This document shows, piece after piece, positions 47,375 to 55,533 of a DNA stretch of 64,000 nt. Each line of letters starts with the position of its first letter. Position 1 is the stretch's first letter. Under the pieces are notes generated by a model that had not been told where the DNA came from, ran no database searches, and saw only the letters and a list, made by a program, of their open reading frames with translations. Both the position numbers and the translations under genes were made by a program. Source of the DNA: an uncultured beta proteobacterium (GTDB lineage Bacteria > Pseudomonadota > Gammaproteobacteria > Burkholderiales > Burkholderiaceae_C); NCBI GenBank assembly GCA_903951445.1, contig CAJBBZ010000191.1, forward strand, positions 2,316 to 66,315. Reading direction: 5' to 3'.

Positions 47375-48955
47375 CTAATTGGCTTGCGCTAGCTGCTGCA
47401 TATTGTGTTTGTTGACAAGAATGGACCGGCACCGGGACACCTCCAGGTGCCGTCGTTCGATACTCCAGCCCAACTCCTCGCTCGCCGCTTGGGCCATGAC
47501 TTCCAGGGTGGCATGGTCCAAATGACCCAGAAAGGCCGCCAGACTGCGGTGCAAAACCAGGTCGGACAAACGAACCACCCCGGTCAGGCGACACAAGCGA
47601 CGCAATGATTGTATGTCTGCACCATCGAAGCCCAGGTCAGTGCTGGGGATGGGCAACCCGGCCGTTGACACGGCACGCGGCTTTTGGAGCAGCTTGAGCA
47701 CGGCATCCGTGGCTTCCTCGGCCAGCGCGCGAAAGGTGGTCCACTTGCCGCCCACGAGGTTTACCACCGGTAGGGTTCTGGGGCCCTCAGGCCCGTCAAC
47801 GATGACATAGTGGTCGCGGGAAATTTTGTCGGGTTTGCCTGAGACAACATTCCTGGACTGGATGGTGGCGAGTGGCCGCACCCCAACGAAGGTGTAAACA
47901 ATCTGGTCTTTGGAAAAGCTCAGTCGCGGGAAGACCTCGTGCAGCACTTTCAGCAGGTACTCAATCTCGCAAGAGTCTGTCTCCACCTCATCCGGGTTCA
48001 ACACAGGAATATCGGTAGACCCGGCCAGCACACGGCCCATGAAGGGGTAGACGATGCAGACGCGGCCATCCTTCGCCTCAAAGTACACCATGCGCCCCTT
48101 GAGCGCGGCCAGCAGTGCGGGATGGTCAATGACCAGGTGTGAACCTTTGGTTCCCACCATGCGGCCCTTGGGCACGCCAAAGAGGCCGCTTAGTTGCTCC
48201 AGCCATGCGCCTGTTGCATTCACCACCAGATCGGTCGTAATGCCAACCTCGGTGTTCAGCACCGTATCACGCAAGGTCAGACGGTTCTCATGGAATGCCA
48301 AGAGTTCGCAATGGTTGCTGACAATCGACGGGTTGTGCGCACGGTGACCATCAACGATCAGCTCATGCATTAACCGCTCGGGGTGGTTGATCCATGCATC
48401 GTAAAAATGCGCCGTCCAGCGGATGTCGTCTGAGAGGAGCGCGCGGTCTTCGGGACTAGTCGCTCGAACAGAGTGGCCTGGCAGCGAGCGGTCTTTCTTC
48501 CCCATCAGATCGTACAGCGTCAGCCCCAAGGCCACGGCCAACACGCCGCGCGACCGGGCTGGAGGGTTGGCGCCGAAGAAGCGCAGAACACTGGCAAACA
48601 GCCCACCGAGTCGCGAGGACAGAGGGATCACCGTATGAAGGGGCTGCACCAAATGCGGGGCTGTCAGCAGCAGGTTGTTGCGCTCCTGAGCGGCTTCTTT
48701 GACTAGGGAGAACTCAGCATTCTCCAGGTAACGCAGGCCACCATGGATCATGCGGGAGGGCGCACTGCTCGCACCGCTGCCCACATCACCCTTGTCAATC
48801 AGCAGGCACTGCACACCCTGCAGGCATAGGTCCCGAAAGACACCAATGCCATTGATGCCGGCGCCCACAATGACTACTTGGAAATGTTGTCCCTGAATGC
48901 TGGCGGGGCGTACGTGTGCGCAGGAGGCAGGTTCGTGCATGGGGCGTGCGCTCAT
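47375..48955 (-). CDS. FAD-dependent glycerol-3-phosphate-dehydrogenase-like (GlpD/EryB-family) oxidoreductase
   Basis: 526 aa. FQVVIVGAGINGIGVFRDL dinucleotide motif, DAO fold followed by a GlpD-type C-terminal domain. Confidence 0.82.
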   Translation of the reverse strand: MSARPMHEPASCAHVRPASIQGQHFQVVIVGAGINGIGVFRDLCLQGVQCLLIDKGDVGSGASSAPSRMIHGGLRYLENAEFSLVKEAAQERNNLLLTAPHLVQPLHTVIPLSSRLGGLFASVLRFFGANPPARSRGVLAVALGLTLYDLMGKKDRSLPGHSVRATSPEDRALLSDDIRWTAHFYDAWINHPERLMHELIVDGHRAHNPSIVSNHCELLAFHENRLTLRDTVLNTEVGITTDLVVNATGAWLEQLSGLFGVPKGRMVGTKGSHLVIDHPALLAALKGRMVYFEAKDGRVCIVYPFMGRVLAGSTDIPVLNPDEVETDSCEIEYLLKVLHEVFPRLSFSKDQIVYTFVGVRPLATIQSRNVVSGKPDKISRDHYVIVDGPEGPRTLPVVNLVGGKWTTFRALAEEATDAVLKLLQKPRAVSTAGLPIPSTDLGFDGADIQSLRRLCRLTGVVRLSDLVLHRSLAAFLGHLDHATLEVMAQAASEELGWSIERRHLEVSRCRSILVNKHNMQQLAQAN

Positions 48956-50448
48956 GGCAGGGGCGAGTTCAACCGTGCGAAGACAGGCGCCATGTCGGCC
49001 AGTAGGCCTTCAAAGTTGCCCAGGTATTCGCCATAAAAGCTACCGAGCGCTGCCATGGGCTCCACTTGTTTGAGCGGTGCTTGCAGCGGCGCAGATGCAC
49101 AGCCCACGGCCGACGCAGCGAACATGGCAGCACCGCGCGCGCCGCTCTCGTCGGCCCCTGGCGTGTAGACCGTACTATCCAGCATGGTGGCCAGCAGGGC
49201 GCTAAGTCGCTCGTCGCCGGCGCCCCCGCCCAGCACAAACAGGCGGCTGCGTGGCACGCCACTTCTGGCCAACGCATTTAGGTTTCTGGCATGCAATGCC
49301 AGCACACCCTCAACTGCAGCGCGAGCCATATCCGCAGGGGTGTGGAACGCCCGCAAACCCAAGAAACCCGCGCTGGTATCGCCACCACCATTGATGAACG
49401 GGACGTACCGCAGTCCATGTGCGCCGGGCTCAGAGGAGAACGCGACATTTAAAAAGTCCACCGTGCTATGTTGCAGCGTATTGGCAAGCCAGGTGGTGTT
49501 GGCCATGCCTCCAGCACTGTTGTTCATGTACATGACCGATTTTTTGGAGTTCAGCAGGACGACATTGCTGATACCCGCCGAGCCGGCATTCAAAACATTG
49601 GTTATGCCGCCATCGTCTGCAGCGATGGCGGCGTTGACACACCAAGTGCCCAACACCGCGGCCACATCACCAACCTGCGTGGCGCCCACACCGGCCATGG
49701 CGCCGTACAAATCAATGGCCCCCATGGCAATGGGAATGGACGCGGGAAGCCCTGTTTGGGCAGCCACTTCGGTACGCAGTTGCCCCAGTGGGCTGCCACT
49801 ATCTTGCAGGCGGGTCAGTAGGGTCGGGCGCCAAGTGGGTACGTTGGCTACCGAAAAGGCTAACTCTGATGGAAGTCTTGTGGTGCTATCGAGCAAGCCA
49901 GCGGTGCTGGCGTCGCTGTAGTCGGTAGCGCGTTCGCCGCACAACACCATCGCCACGTAGTCCTTGGCAAAGAACAGGCTGCTCGCTTCCTGAAAAGCAC
50001 CTGGATTAAGCCGGGCAATGTCGGCCGCAATCATGGAGGGCTGCCCAGACCAGGGACCCGTGCCCACCGTGCTGAAAAGCTGGCGTGCTTTCAGACGCGC
50101 CAGGGCATTGGCGATGGGGGTTGCGCGCTGGTCCGTGGAGGACACCGCAAAGTCATCTTGCAGTGCCCCTTGTGCATCCAATACATACAGCCCACCGCCA
50201 TGGCCCACACTTGCCATCGCAGCCACATCGGCGGCGCGTGCGCCCAACCGCTGGGCTACTTGTTTCAACAAACCTATGATGAGCAGGCGCAGCTCGCTGC
50301 CGGGCACTTGGCAGGTACCAGTGGACCCCCGCTGCCAAGGAATGGCGGCACCAGCCTGTGCCAGCACAGTGCCCGCCTCCCCATCAAATGCCGCAATTTT
50401 TAAACTGGTGGAGCCAAGGTCCAGACCAATGTAAATATGACTCGCCAT
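48952..50448 (-). CDS. FGGY-family carbohydrate kinase
   Basis: MASHIYIGLDLGSTSLKIAAF N-terminal motif and C-terminal FVLGGGAGDE. ATGA overlap with the downstream dehydrogenase. Start taken at 50448. Confidence 0.85.
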   Translation of the reverse strand: MASHIYIGLDLGSTSLKIAAFDGEAGTVLAQAGAAIPWQRGSTGTCQVPGSELRLLIIGLLKQVAQRLGARAADVAAMASVGHGGGLYVLDAQGALQDDFAVSSTDQRATPIANALARLKARQLFSTVGTGPWSGQPSMIAADIARLNPGAFQEASSLFFAKDYVAMVLCGERATDYSDASTAGLLDSTTRLPSELAFSVANVPTWRPTLLTRLQDSGSPLGQLRTEVAAQTGLPASIPIAMGAIDLYGAMAGVGATQVGDVAAVLGTWCVNAAIAADDGGITNVLNAGSAGISNVVLLNSKKSVMYMNNSAGGMANTTWLANTLQHSTVDFLNVAFSSEPGAHGLRYVPFINGGGDTSAGFLGLRAFHTPADMARAAVEGVLALHARNLNALARSGVPRSRLFVLGGGAGDERLSALLATMLDSTVYTPGADESGARGAAMFAASAVGCASAPLQAPLKQVEPMAALGSFYGEYLGNFEGLLADMAPVFARLNSPLP

Positions 50449-50476
50449 GCAACAACACCCTTTGCTTTGTTCTGAC

Positions 50477-50488
50477 ATGTCATTACAT
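50477..50488. promoter_or_regulatory. ATGTCATTACAT motif, copy 2
   Basis: Identical to 44644-44655. It lies just upstream of the kinase start, in the kinase/AKR divergent region. Confidence 0.35.
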
Positions 50489-50559
50489 CATACCCACTGA
50501 ATTTTGCCAATACTAGGGAAAACTCCTATAAATTCGTCATTTTTTCCACTTTAAACTTC

Positions 50560-50585
50560 TTAGCATGTAATAACAAGCATGCTAA
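50560..50585. promoter_or_regulatory. Inverted repeat TTAGCATG-N10-CATGCTAA
   Basis: Perfect 8-bp arms ~40 nt upstream of the aldo/keto reductase start. Confidence 0.3.
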
Positions 50586-50622
50586 TGATGCATCTATTCG
50601 TCGAATGCGAAGGAGCGGACAA

Positions 50623-51597
50623 ATGAAGAGCAGTGTATTGGGGTCTTCCGGAATCATGTGTTCCAGAGTGGGCCTGGGCACCTGGGCCATGGGCGGATGG
50701 ATGTGGGGGGGTAACGACGACGACGACGCCATTCGTTCCATCCACGCCGCGCTGGACGCGGGCGTCAACCTCATTGACACCGCGCCGGCTTATGGTCTGG
50801 GCCATGCCGAAACACTTGTGGGCACTGCCATCCAGGGTCGGCGCGACCAGGTGGTGCTGTCGACCAAATGTGGACTGGTTTGGCACACCCAGCGTGGCAC
50901 TCTTTTCTTTAACGAAGAGGGTCAAGACGTGTACCGCTACCTGGGCAAGGACTCTATTGCCTACGAGGTGGAGCAAAGCCTGGCGCGCTTGAAGACCGAC
51001 TACATCGACCTTTATTTCACCCACTGGCAAGACGCCACCACACCCATTGCCGAAACCATGGATGCGCTGCTAGCGCTGAAGCAACAGGGGAAAATTCGCG
51101 CCATTGGCATCAGCAATGCCGATGAAACCATTTTGGCCGAATACTTGCGTCATGGCCCGGTGGATGCTATTCAGGAACGCTACAGTCTGCTGGACCGCAG
51201 CATCGAAAAAGACCTGGTCCCACTGTGCCGCGCCAACCAGGTGGCGGTGCATGGCTATTCGTCCCTGGCCCTGGGTTTGTTGGCTGGCCCCATTGATCCC
51301 GCGCGTGTTTTTGGGGGCGATGACCAGCGCAAGGACAACCCGCGCTTCAGCGCGGAGAACCGGGCACAGCTGGTGAACTTCTTCGCCGCCGTGGAGGCTA
51401 TCCGTGCGTTCCACGACTGCAGTTACGGCCAGCTGATGATTGCCTGGTGCTTGTCCAACGTGGGCGTGGCATTGTGTGGTGCTCGCACTCCCACGCAGGC
51501 GCAAGACAACGCGGGTGCCGGTGCCATAGATCTCTCACCTGCCGAGCTGCAAGCCGTTGCGGCTGCGGCCCAAACCCATTTGCAGACGATTGTTTAA
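50623..51597 (+). CDS. Aldo/keto reductase
   Basis: ATG at 50623 follows AAGGAG. LGTWAMGG, IDTAPAYGLGHAE, LKTDYIDLYFTHW, IRAIGISN. Confidence 0.9.
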   Translation: MKSSVLGSSGIMCSRVGLGTWAMGGWMWGGNDDDDAIRSIHAALDAGVNLIDTAPAYGLGHAETLVGTAIQGRRDQVVLSTKCGLVWHTQRGTLFFNEEGQDVYRYLGKDSIAYEVEQSLARLKTDYIDLYFTHWQDATTPIAETMDALLALKQQGKIRAIGISNADETILAEYLRHGPVDAIQERYSLLDRSIEKDLVPLCRANQVAVHGYSSLALGLLAGPIDPARVFGGDDQRKDNPRFSAENRAQLVNFFAAVEAIRAFHDCSYGQLMIAWCLSNVGVALCGARTPTQAQDNAGAGAIDLSPAELQAVAAAAQTHLQTIV

Positions 51598-51607
51598 AGG
51601 AAAACCC

Positions 51608-52444
51608 ATGAAAGAGATTCGCCTAAAACGGCTATTCCAAAACGGCGGCTGTCTGGATATCGCAATTGACCACGGTGTCTGTAACGAGCCTTCGTTTCTG
51701 GACGGCCTGGAAGACATGCCGGGCGTGGTGAATACTTTGGTGCAAGCCCAACCTGATGCCATCCAGATGAACTTCGGCCAGGCCGATCTTCTGCAACGCC
51801 GCCCGGGCCGAAGCAAGCCCGCGCTAGTGATGCGCGTGGACATGGGCAACCCCTACAACGCCACAGTCCATCGCGTCATGTGGGCGCTGCTGCAGAACAA
51901 GAACGACCCTGTGCTGCCGGCTGTGCAAATGGATGCATCGTGCGTTGTGGTCAACCTCTTCATGCTGCCAAATGAACCCGATTTGTTCCGCCAATGCGTA
52001 GAGAACATCTCCATCGTCCGCGCCGACTGCGACAAGTACGGCATGCCTTTAATGATTGAGCCCTTGGTCATGCGCCCGCATAGTGAAAAAGGCGGTTACA
52101 TGGTCGATGGCGATACCGAAAAAATCGTCACGCTCGTCAGATTAGCTCGGGAAATGGGTGCAGACATTATTAAGGCAGACCCAACTGACGATACAAGTAT
52201 GTTTCATCGAGTTGTTGAAGCTGCACGTTGCCCAGTTCTCGTGCGAGGCGGCGGACGTGAAGACTTGAAGCAAGTCTTTGCGCGTTCTCGCGAGCTATTA
52301 AATCAAGGCGCTGTTGGTATGGTCTACGGGCGCAACGTATATCAGCATAAAAATCCAGGTGCGGTTGTCCGCGCGTTAATGGCTATGATTCATGATGGAG
52401 CCAGTGCAGACGATGCCTGGAGTCTCTATGAGCAGACATCTTGA
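51608..52444 (+). CDS. Class I aldolase of the DhnA/FbaB/LsrF family
   Basis: 278 aa. DIAIDHG..., LAREMGADIIKADPT (Schiff-base Lys context) and GMVYGRNVYQH align by eye with the LsrF/DhnA pattern. The 3' third is visibly AT-richer. Confidence 0.8.
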   Translation: MKEIRLKRLFQNGGCLDIAIDHGVCNEPSFLDGLEDMPGVVNTLVQAQPDAIQMNFGQADLLQRRPGRSKPALVMRVDMGNPYNATVHRVMWALLQNKNDPVLPAVQMDASCVVVNLFMLPNEPDLFRQCVENISIVRADCDKYGMPLMIEPLVMRPHSEKGGYMVDGDTEKIVTLVRLAREMGADIIKADPTDDTSMFHRVVEAARCPVLVRGGGREDLKQVFARSRELLNQGAVGMVYGRNVYQHKNPGAVVRALMAMIHDGASADDAWSLYEQTS

Positions 52445-52503
52445 AAGTTAATTATTAGTTCATCGATTTGATGACCGGCCTAAGCTTAAGCGTCCTAGCG
52501 AGT

Positions 52504-52562
52504 GTCAGCTTTTGGCCATCCAGTCTGGCCATTTCAATTTCCGCGTTGGGCTGGAAGCTGAC
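52504..52562. repeat. Nested palindromic element in a non-coding junction
   Basis: GTCAGCTT (52504-11) pairs with AAGCTGAC (52555-62) and encloses TGGCCA...CCAGTCTGG...TGGCCA sub-palindromes. TAAGCTTA lies just upstream. Confidence 0.35.
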
Positions 52563-52709
52563 AATTCCGGCGCTCCAAAGCTGATTTCATCGCGGCGGCG
52601 CCTGCAGCACAAAGAAGCCGATATTTTCTAATTTAGTAACAAGCAACAGCTGTCGCGGTAATCGGGCTACAGAGGCGAGTGGGGACCAGAGTAATTCTGT
52701 TGATTCCCC

Positions 52710-53747
52710 TTAAATCAAACTCGCCAACTCTTGTGTCAACTGCGCCGCGGAAACTTCCTTGCACCCTGATGTATTCTGACCGGCCCATAGAGGTGAAAAA
52801 TCCCCCTTACCCAACCCTTCCGATTTTTGTCGTAACTGAAATGATGCAGCGGTTGCCTTTGGAAACTCTGGAGCCATAGAACACATAGGGCCTAACTCGC
52901 GCACCATACGATTGACAATTCCACGGGCAGGTCGCCCGGTAAAAACATTTGTCAGCGCGGTGAGCCGCGCTTCGTCAGATTTCAGGGCAGCACGATGCAC
53001 GGTGCTCGTCGTCGCCTCGGGGCAGAGCATGAAAGCGGTACCGATTTGTACGGCCGATGCTCCAAGGTCCAATGCCGCCTTGACACCGCGAGCAGTGGCA
53101 ATGCCGCCCGCAGCAATGACCGGCACCCTTACTGCTGCAACGACTTGTGGAAGTAGCGCGAACGTACCTAACTGTGAATTGATATCAGCGGTCAAAAACA
53201 TGCCCCGATGACCGCCGGCTTCGAGTCCTTGTGCGATGACAGCGTCCACACCGTGGTCTTCGAGCCAGACGGCTTCCTCGACAGTAGTCGCGGAGGACAC
53301 TACTTTTGCCCCACAACCTTTGACCATTGCCAATAGTTCGGGTGACGGTAAGCCAAAGTGAAAACTAACTACCTTAGGGCTGAATTCGCAAACCAACTCC
53401 GCCATTTCTCGATTGAAAGGCAAACGCGCCACTCCAGTTGGAATTGTCTCGACGTCGATTCCAAATTCCGTGTAATAAGAAGAAAAAAGTGCCTGCCAAG
53501 CTCTTTCCTTTTCAAAATTGGGCGCGGGTGGATTGTGGCAAAAGAAGTTGACGTTGAATGGTTTTGAGGTTCGACTGAGAATGCTCTCGAAATCCCTTCT
53601 GATGGCATCAATTCCAAGCATTGCACACGGCAACGAGCCGAGTCCGCCTGCATCAGAGACAGCAATTGCGAGAGCGCTACCCTGCACACCGGCCATTGGA
53701 GCCTGAATAATTGGTAGTTCCGTGCCTAGTAGGGAATTGATTGTCAT
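52710..53747 (-). CDS. Nitronate monooxygenase (NMO/2-nitropropane dioxygenase family)
   Basis: Start at 53747 gives MTINSLLGTELPIIQAPMAGVQGSALA. IAAGGIATARG FMN-barrel motif. AT-richer than the host genes. Confidence 0.85.
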   Translation of the reverse strand: MTINSLLGTELPIIQAPMAGVQGSALAIAVSDAGGLGSLPCAMLGIDAIRRDFESILSRTSKPFNVNFFCHNPPAPNFEKERAWQALFSSYYTEFGIDVETIPTGVARLPFNREMAELVCEFSPKVVSFHFGLPSPELLAMVKGCGAKVVSSATTVEEAVWLEDHGVDAVIAQGLEAGGHRGMFLTADINSQLGTFALLPQVVAAVRVPVIAAGGIATARGVKAALDLGASAVQIGTAFMLCPEATTSTVHRAALKSDEARLTALTNVFTGRPARGIVNRMVRELGPMCSMAPEFPKATAASFQLRQKSEGLGKGDFSPLWAGQNTSGCKEVSAAQLTQELASLI

Positions 53748-53969
53748 GAGGTCCAAAAGAAGTGAATTTGGCGATTTCAGGGAAAGGGTAGCAAACGGGG
53801 GCAAATCAAATGTCAGCAATCGCGGCTTTCCGGAAGTGACCAATGCCGGGGCGACAGACGGCAAAGGTTCGGAAGGCGACATACAGAAATTCCAATCTGT
53901 TCGGCAACAATGCCCTCATTGGTCTGCCCGCTCGCAAGCCCGGCTCGCAAATAGCCTTAGGTTCCAGCT

Positions 53970-54479
53970 CTACTCACCCTGCGCCCGAATCCTCTTCACC
54001 AGCGCAGTCGTCGAGTACCCCGACACAAAAGGCAGTGCCAACGCCTTGCCGCCCCAGGTGTGCATGAGCGCGGTCTCGGGCAACACATCCATGTTGTAGT
54101 CGCCGCCTTTGACCAAAATATCCGGGCGGATTTCAGCGATCAGGGCTTGCGGGTTGTCTTCGACAAACCAGGTGACCAGGCTGACCGCTTCCTGGCTGGC
54201 CATGACGATGGCGCGGTCCATTTCGTTGTTCAGCGGGCGGTCGTCGCCTTTGCCTAGGCGGCGGGTAGAGGCGTCGGTGTTGAGCGCCACGATCAGGCTG
54301 CCACCCAGCGCGCGCGCCTGCGCCAGATAGACCACATGGCCGCGGTGCAGCACGTCAAACACGCCGTTGGTAAATACCCAAGGCCGGGGCAAGTGGGCGA
54401 GTGCCGCTGCTAAGCCACTGCGCTCGCACAGCTTGTCCAGCATGGCTGGCGGTGCGGCGGCGGGGCGGGTGTCGTTCAT
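53970..54479 (-). CDS. Cytidylyltransferase-fold protein, RfaE domain II-like (D-glycero-beta-D-manno-heptose-1-phosphate adenylyltransferase type)
   Basis: 169 aa. FTNGVFDVLHRGHVVYLAQARALG (HxGH motif) and a C-terminal GGDY... pattern. Confidence 0.8.
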   Translation of the reverse strand: MNDTRPAAAPPAMLDKLCERSGLAAALAHLPRPWVFTNGVFDVLHRGHVVYLAQARALGGSLIVALNTDASTRRLGKGDDRPLNNEMDRAIVMASQEAVSLVTWFVEDNPQALIAEIRPDILVKGGDYNMDVLPETALMHTWGGKALALPFVSGYSTTALVKRIRAQGE

Positions 54480-55348
54480 GCCGCTTTGCTGGCAGGCGCG
54501 CCCGGCTCCAAGGCGCTACCTAGTTCGCGCGCCAGTTCTTTGCGGTATTTATTGAGTTCCTGCACGGTGCTAAAGCTGCGTTCCATCAAAAGGCTCATGT
54601 TGTGCAGTATGCGCTCTACTACTTTGTTTTCCCAGACAGCGTCAAAATCAATTTGCTTGTCCAGCCAGTGTTCCAGCCAATCCGGGTTGGGCAGGCGCGC
54701 TTGCACGGTGTCGTTGGGGAAAAGCGCTTTATTCACATGCAAATTGGTCGGATGCAGGGCTTGGCTGGTGCGCCGCGCGCTGGCCATGAGCACGCCCACT
54801 TTGGCAAACGCGCTTTTGGCTTCCAGGCCTACGTTTTGGATGGCGCGCTTCATGTACTTCAAGTAGGCGCCGCCGTGGCGCGCTTCGTCTTGGCTTAAGC
54901 GGGTGTAAATCGATTTAATCACCGGTTCGGTATGCCATTCGCTGGCGCGGCGGTACCAGTGGTTCAGGCGAATCTCGCCGCAAAAGTGCAGCATCAGCGT
55001 CTCTAGCGCCGGGGCCGGGTCAAATTCAAAGCGCACGTTGTGCAGCTCGGCCTCGGTGGGCACCAGTTCGGGCCGAAAGCGCCGCAAATACTCCATCAGC
55101 ACCAGCGAATGCTTTTGTTCCTCAAAGAACCAGATCGACATAAAAGCGGAAAAGTCGCTGTCGCCCCGGTTGTCGCGCAAAAACATTTCGGTGGCCGGCA
55201 GCGCCGCCCACTCGGTAATCGCGTTCATCTTGATGGTGGTGGCCTGCTCGTCCGACAAGGCGGCGGGGTCAAAGCTGGCCCAAGGGATGTCGCGCTCCAT
55301 GTCCCAGCGGACGGATTCCAGTTGTCTAAAGAGTTCTGGGTAGAGCAT
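54476..55348 (-). CDS. Ferritin-like di-iron protein, acyl-ACP-desaturase-like
   Basis: 290 aa. Two ExxH motifs (FFEEQKHS and QDEARHGG) plus upstream Glu residues (ITEW, CGEI) in helical context. ATGA overlap with the RfaE-II-like gene. Confidence 0.65.
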   Translation of the reverse strand: MLYPELFRQLESVRWDMERDIPWASFDPAALSDEQATTIKMNAITEWAALPATEMFLRDNRGDSDFSAFMSIWFFEEQKHSLVLMEYLRRFRPELVPTEAELHNVRFEFDPAPALETLMLHFCGEIRLNHWYRRASEWHTEPVIKSIYTRLSQDEARHGGAYLKYMKRAIQNVGLEAKSAFAKVGVLMASARRTSQALHPTNLHVNKALFPNDTVQARLPNPDWLEHWLDKQIDFDAVWENKVVERILHNMSLLMERSFSTVQELNKYRKELARELGSALEPGAPASKAA

Positions 55349-55480
55349 GCAGTACTTTCTATGGCTTTCGATTTTAGGCGGGCAAACCAGGCATCAGCGC
55401 CCTAAGCCACTACCGCTGGTCTGGCTTTGCCGGACGCTGATTCCTGACCAATTCGGGCATGAAACGAACAAATATGAAAT

Positions 55481-55496
55481 GCGACTGTCTAGTCGC
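55481..55496. promoter_or_regulatory. Inverted repeat GCGACT-GTCT-AGTCGC
   Basis: Perfect 6-bp arms ~40 nt upstream of the FAD-oxidoreductase start, in the divergent promoter region. Confidence 0.3.
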
Positions 55497-55533
55497 GCTA
55501 TTACTGTATAGTAACTCGACTGGAGACTTATAT

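Noticed and set aside
47364-47594. 77-codon upstream extension of the GntR ORF.
   Set aside because: It overlaps the 3' end of the GlpD-like gene and encodes Gly/Pro-rich sequence. The HTH domain starts shortly after the GTG at 47363.
50501-50530. CTAGGGAAAACTCCTAT, loosely similar to the GGGAAACCCTAGG box of the glucan locus.
   Set aside because: It lacks the invariant CCCTAGG arm, lies in a different (GntR-associated) promoter region, and has no LacI operator nearby. The similarity is probably coincidental.
40860-53950. Calling the island a mobile element.
   Set aside because: The window contains no integrase, transposase, conjugation genes, tRNA target or convincing terminal repeats. Only the compositional evidence and a very short border repeat support a foreign origin.
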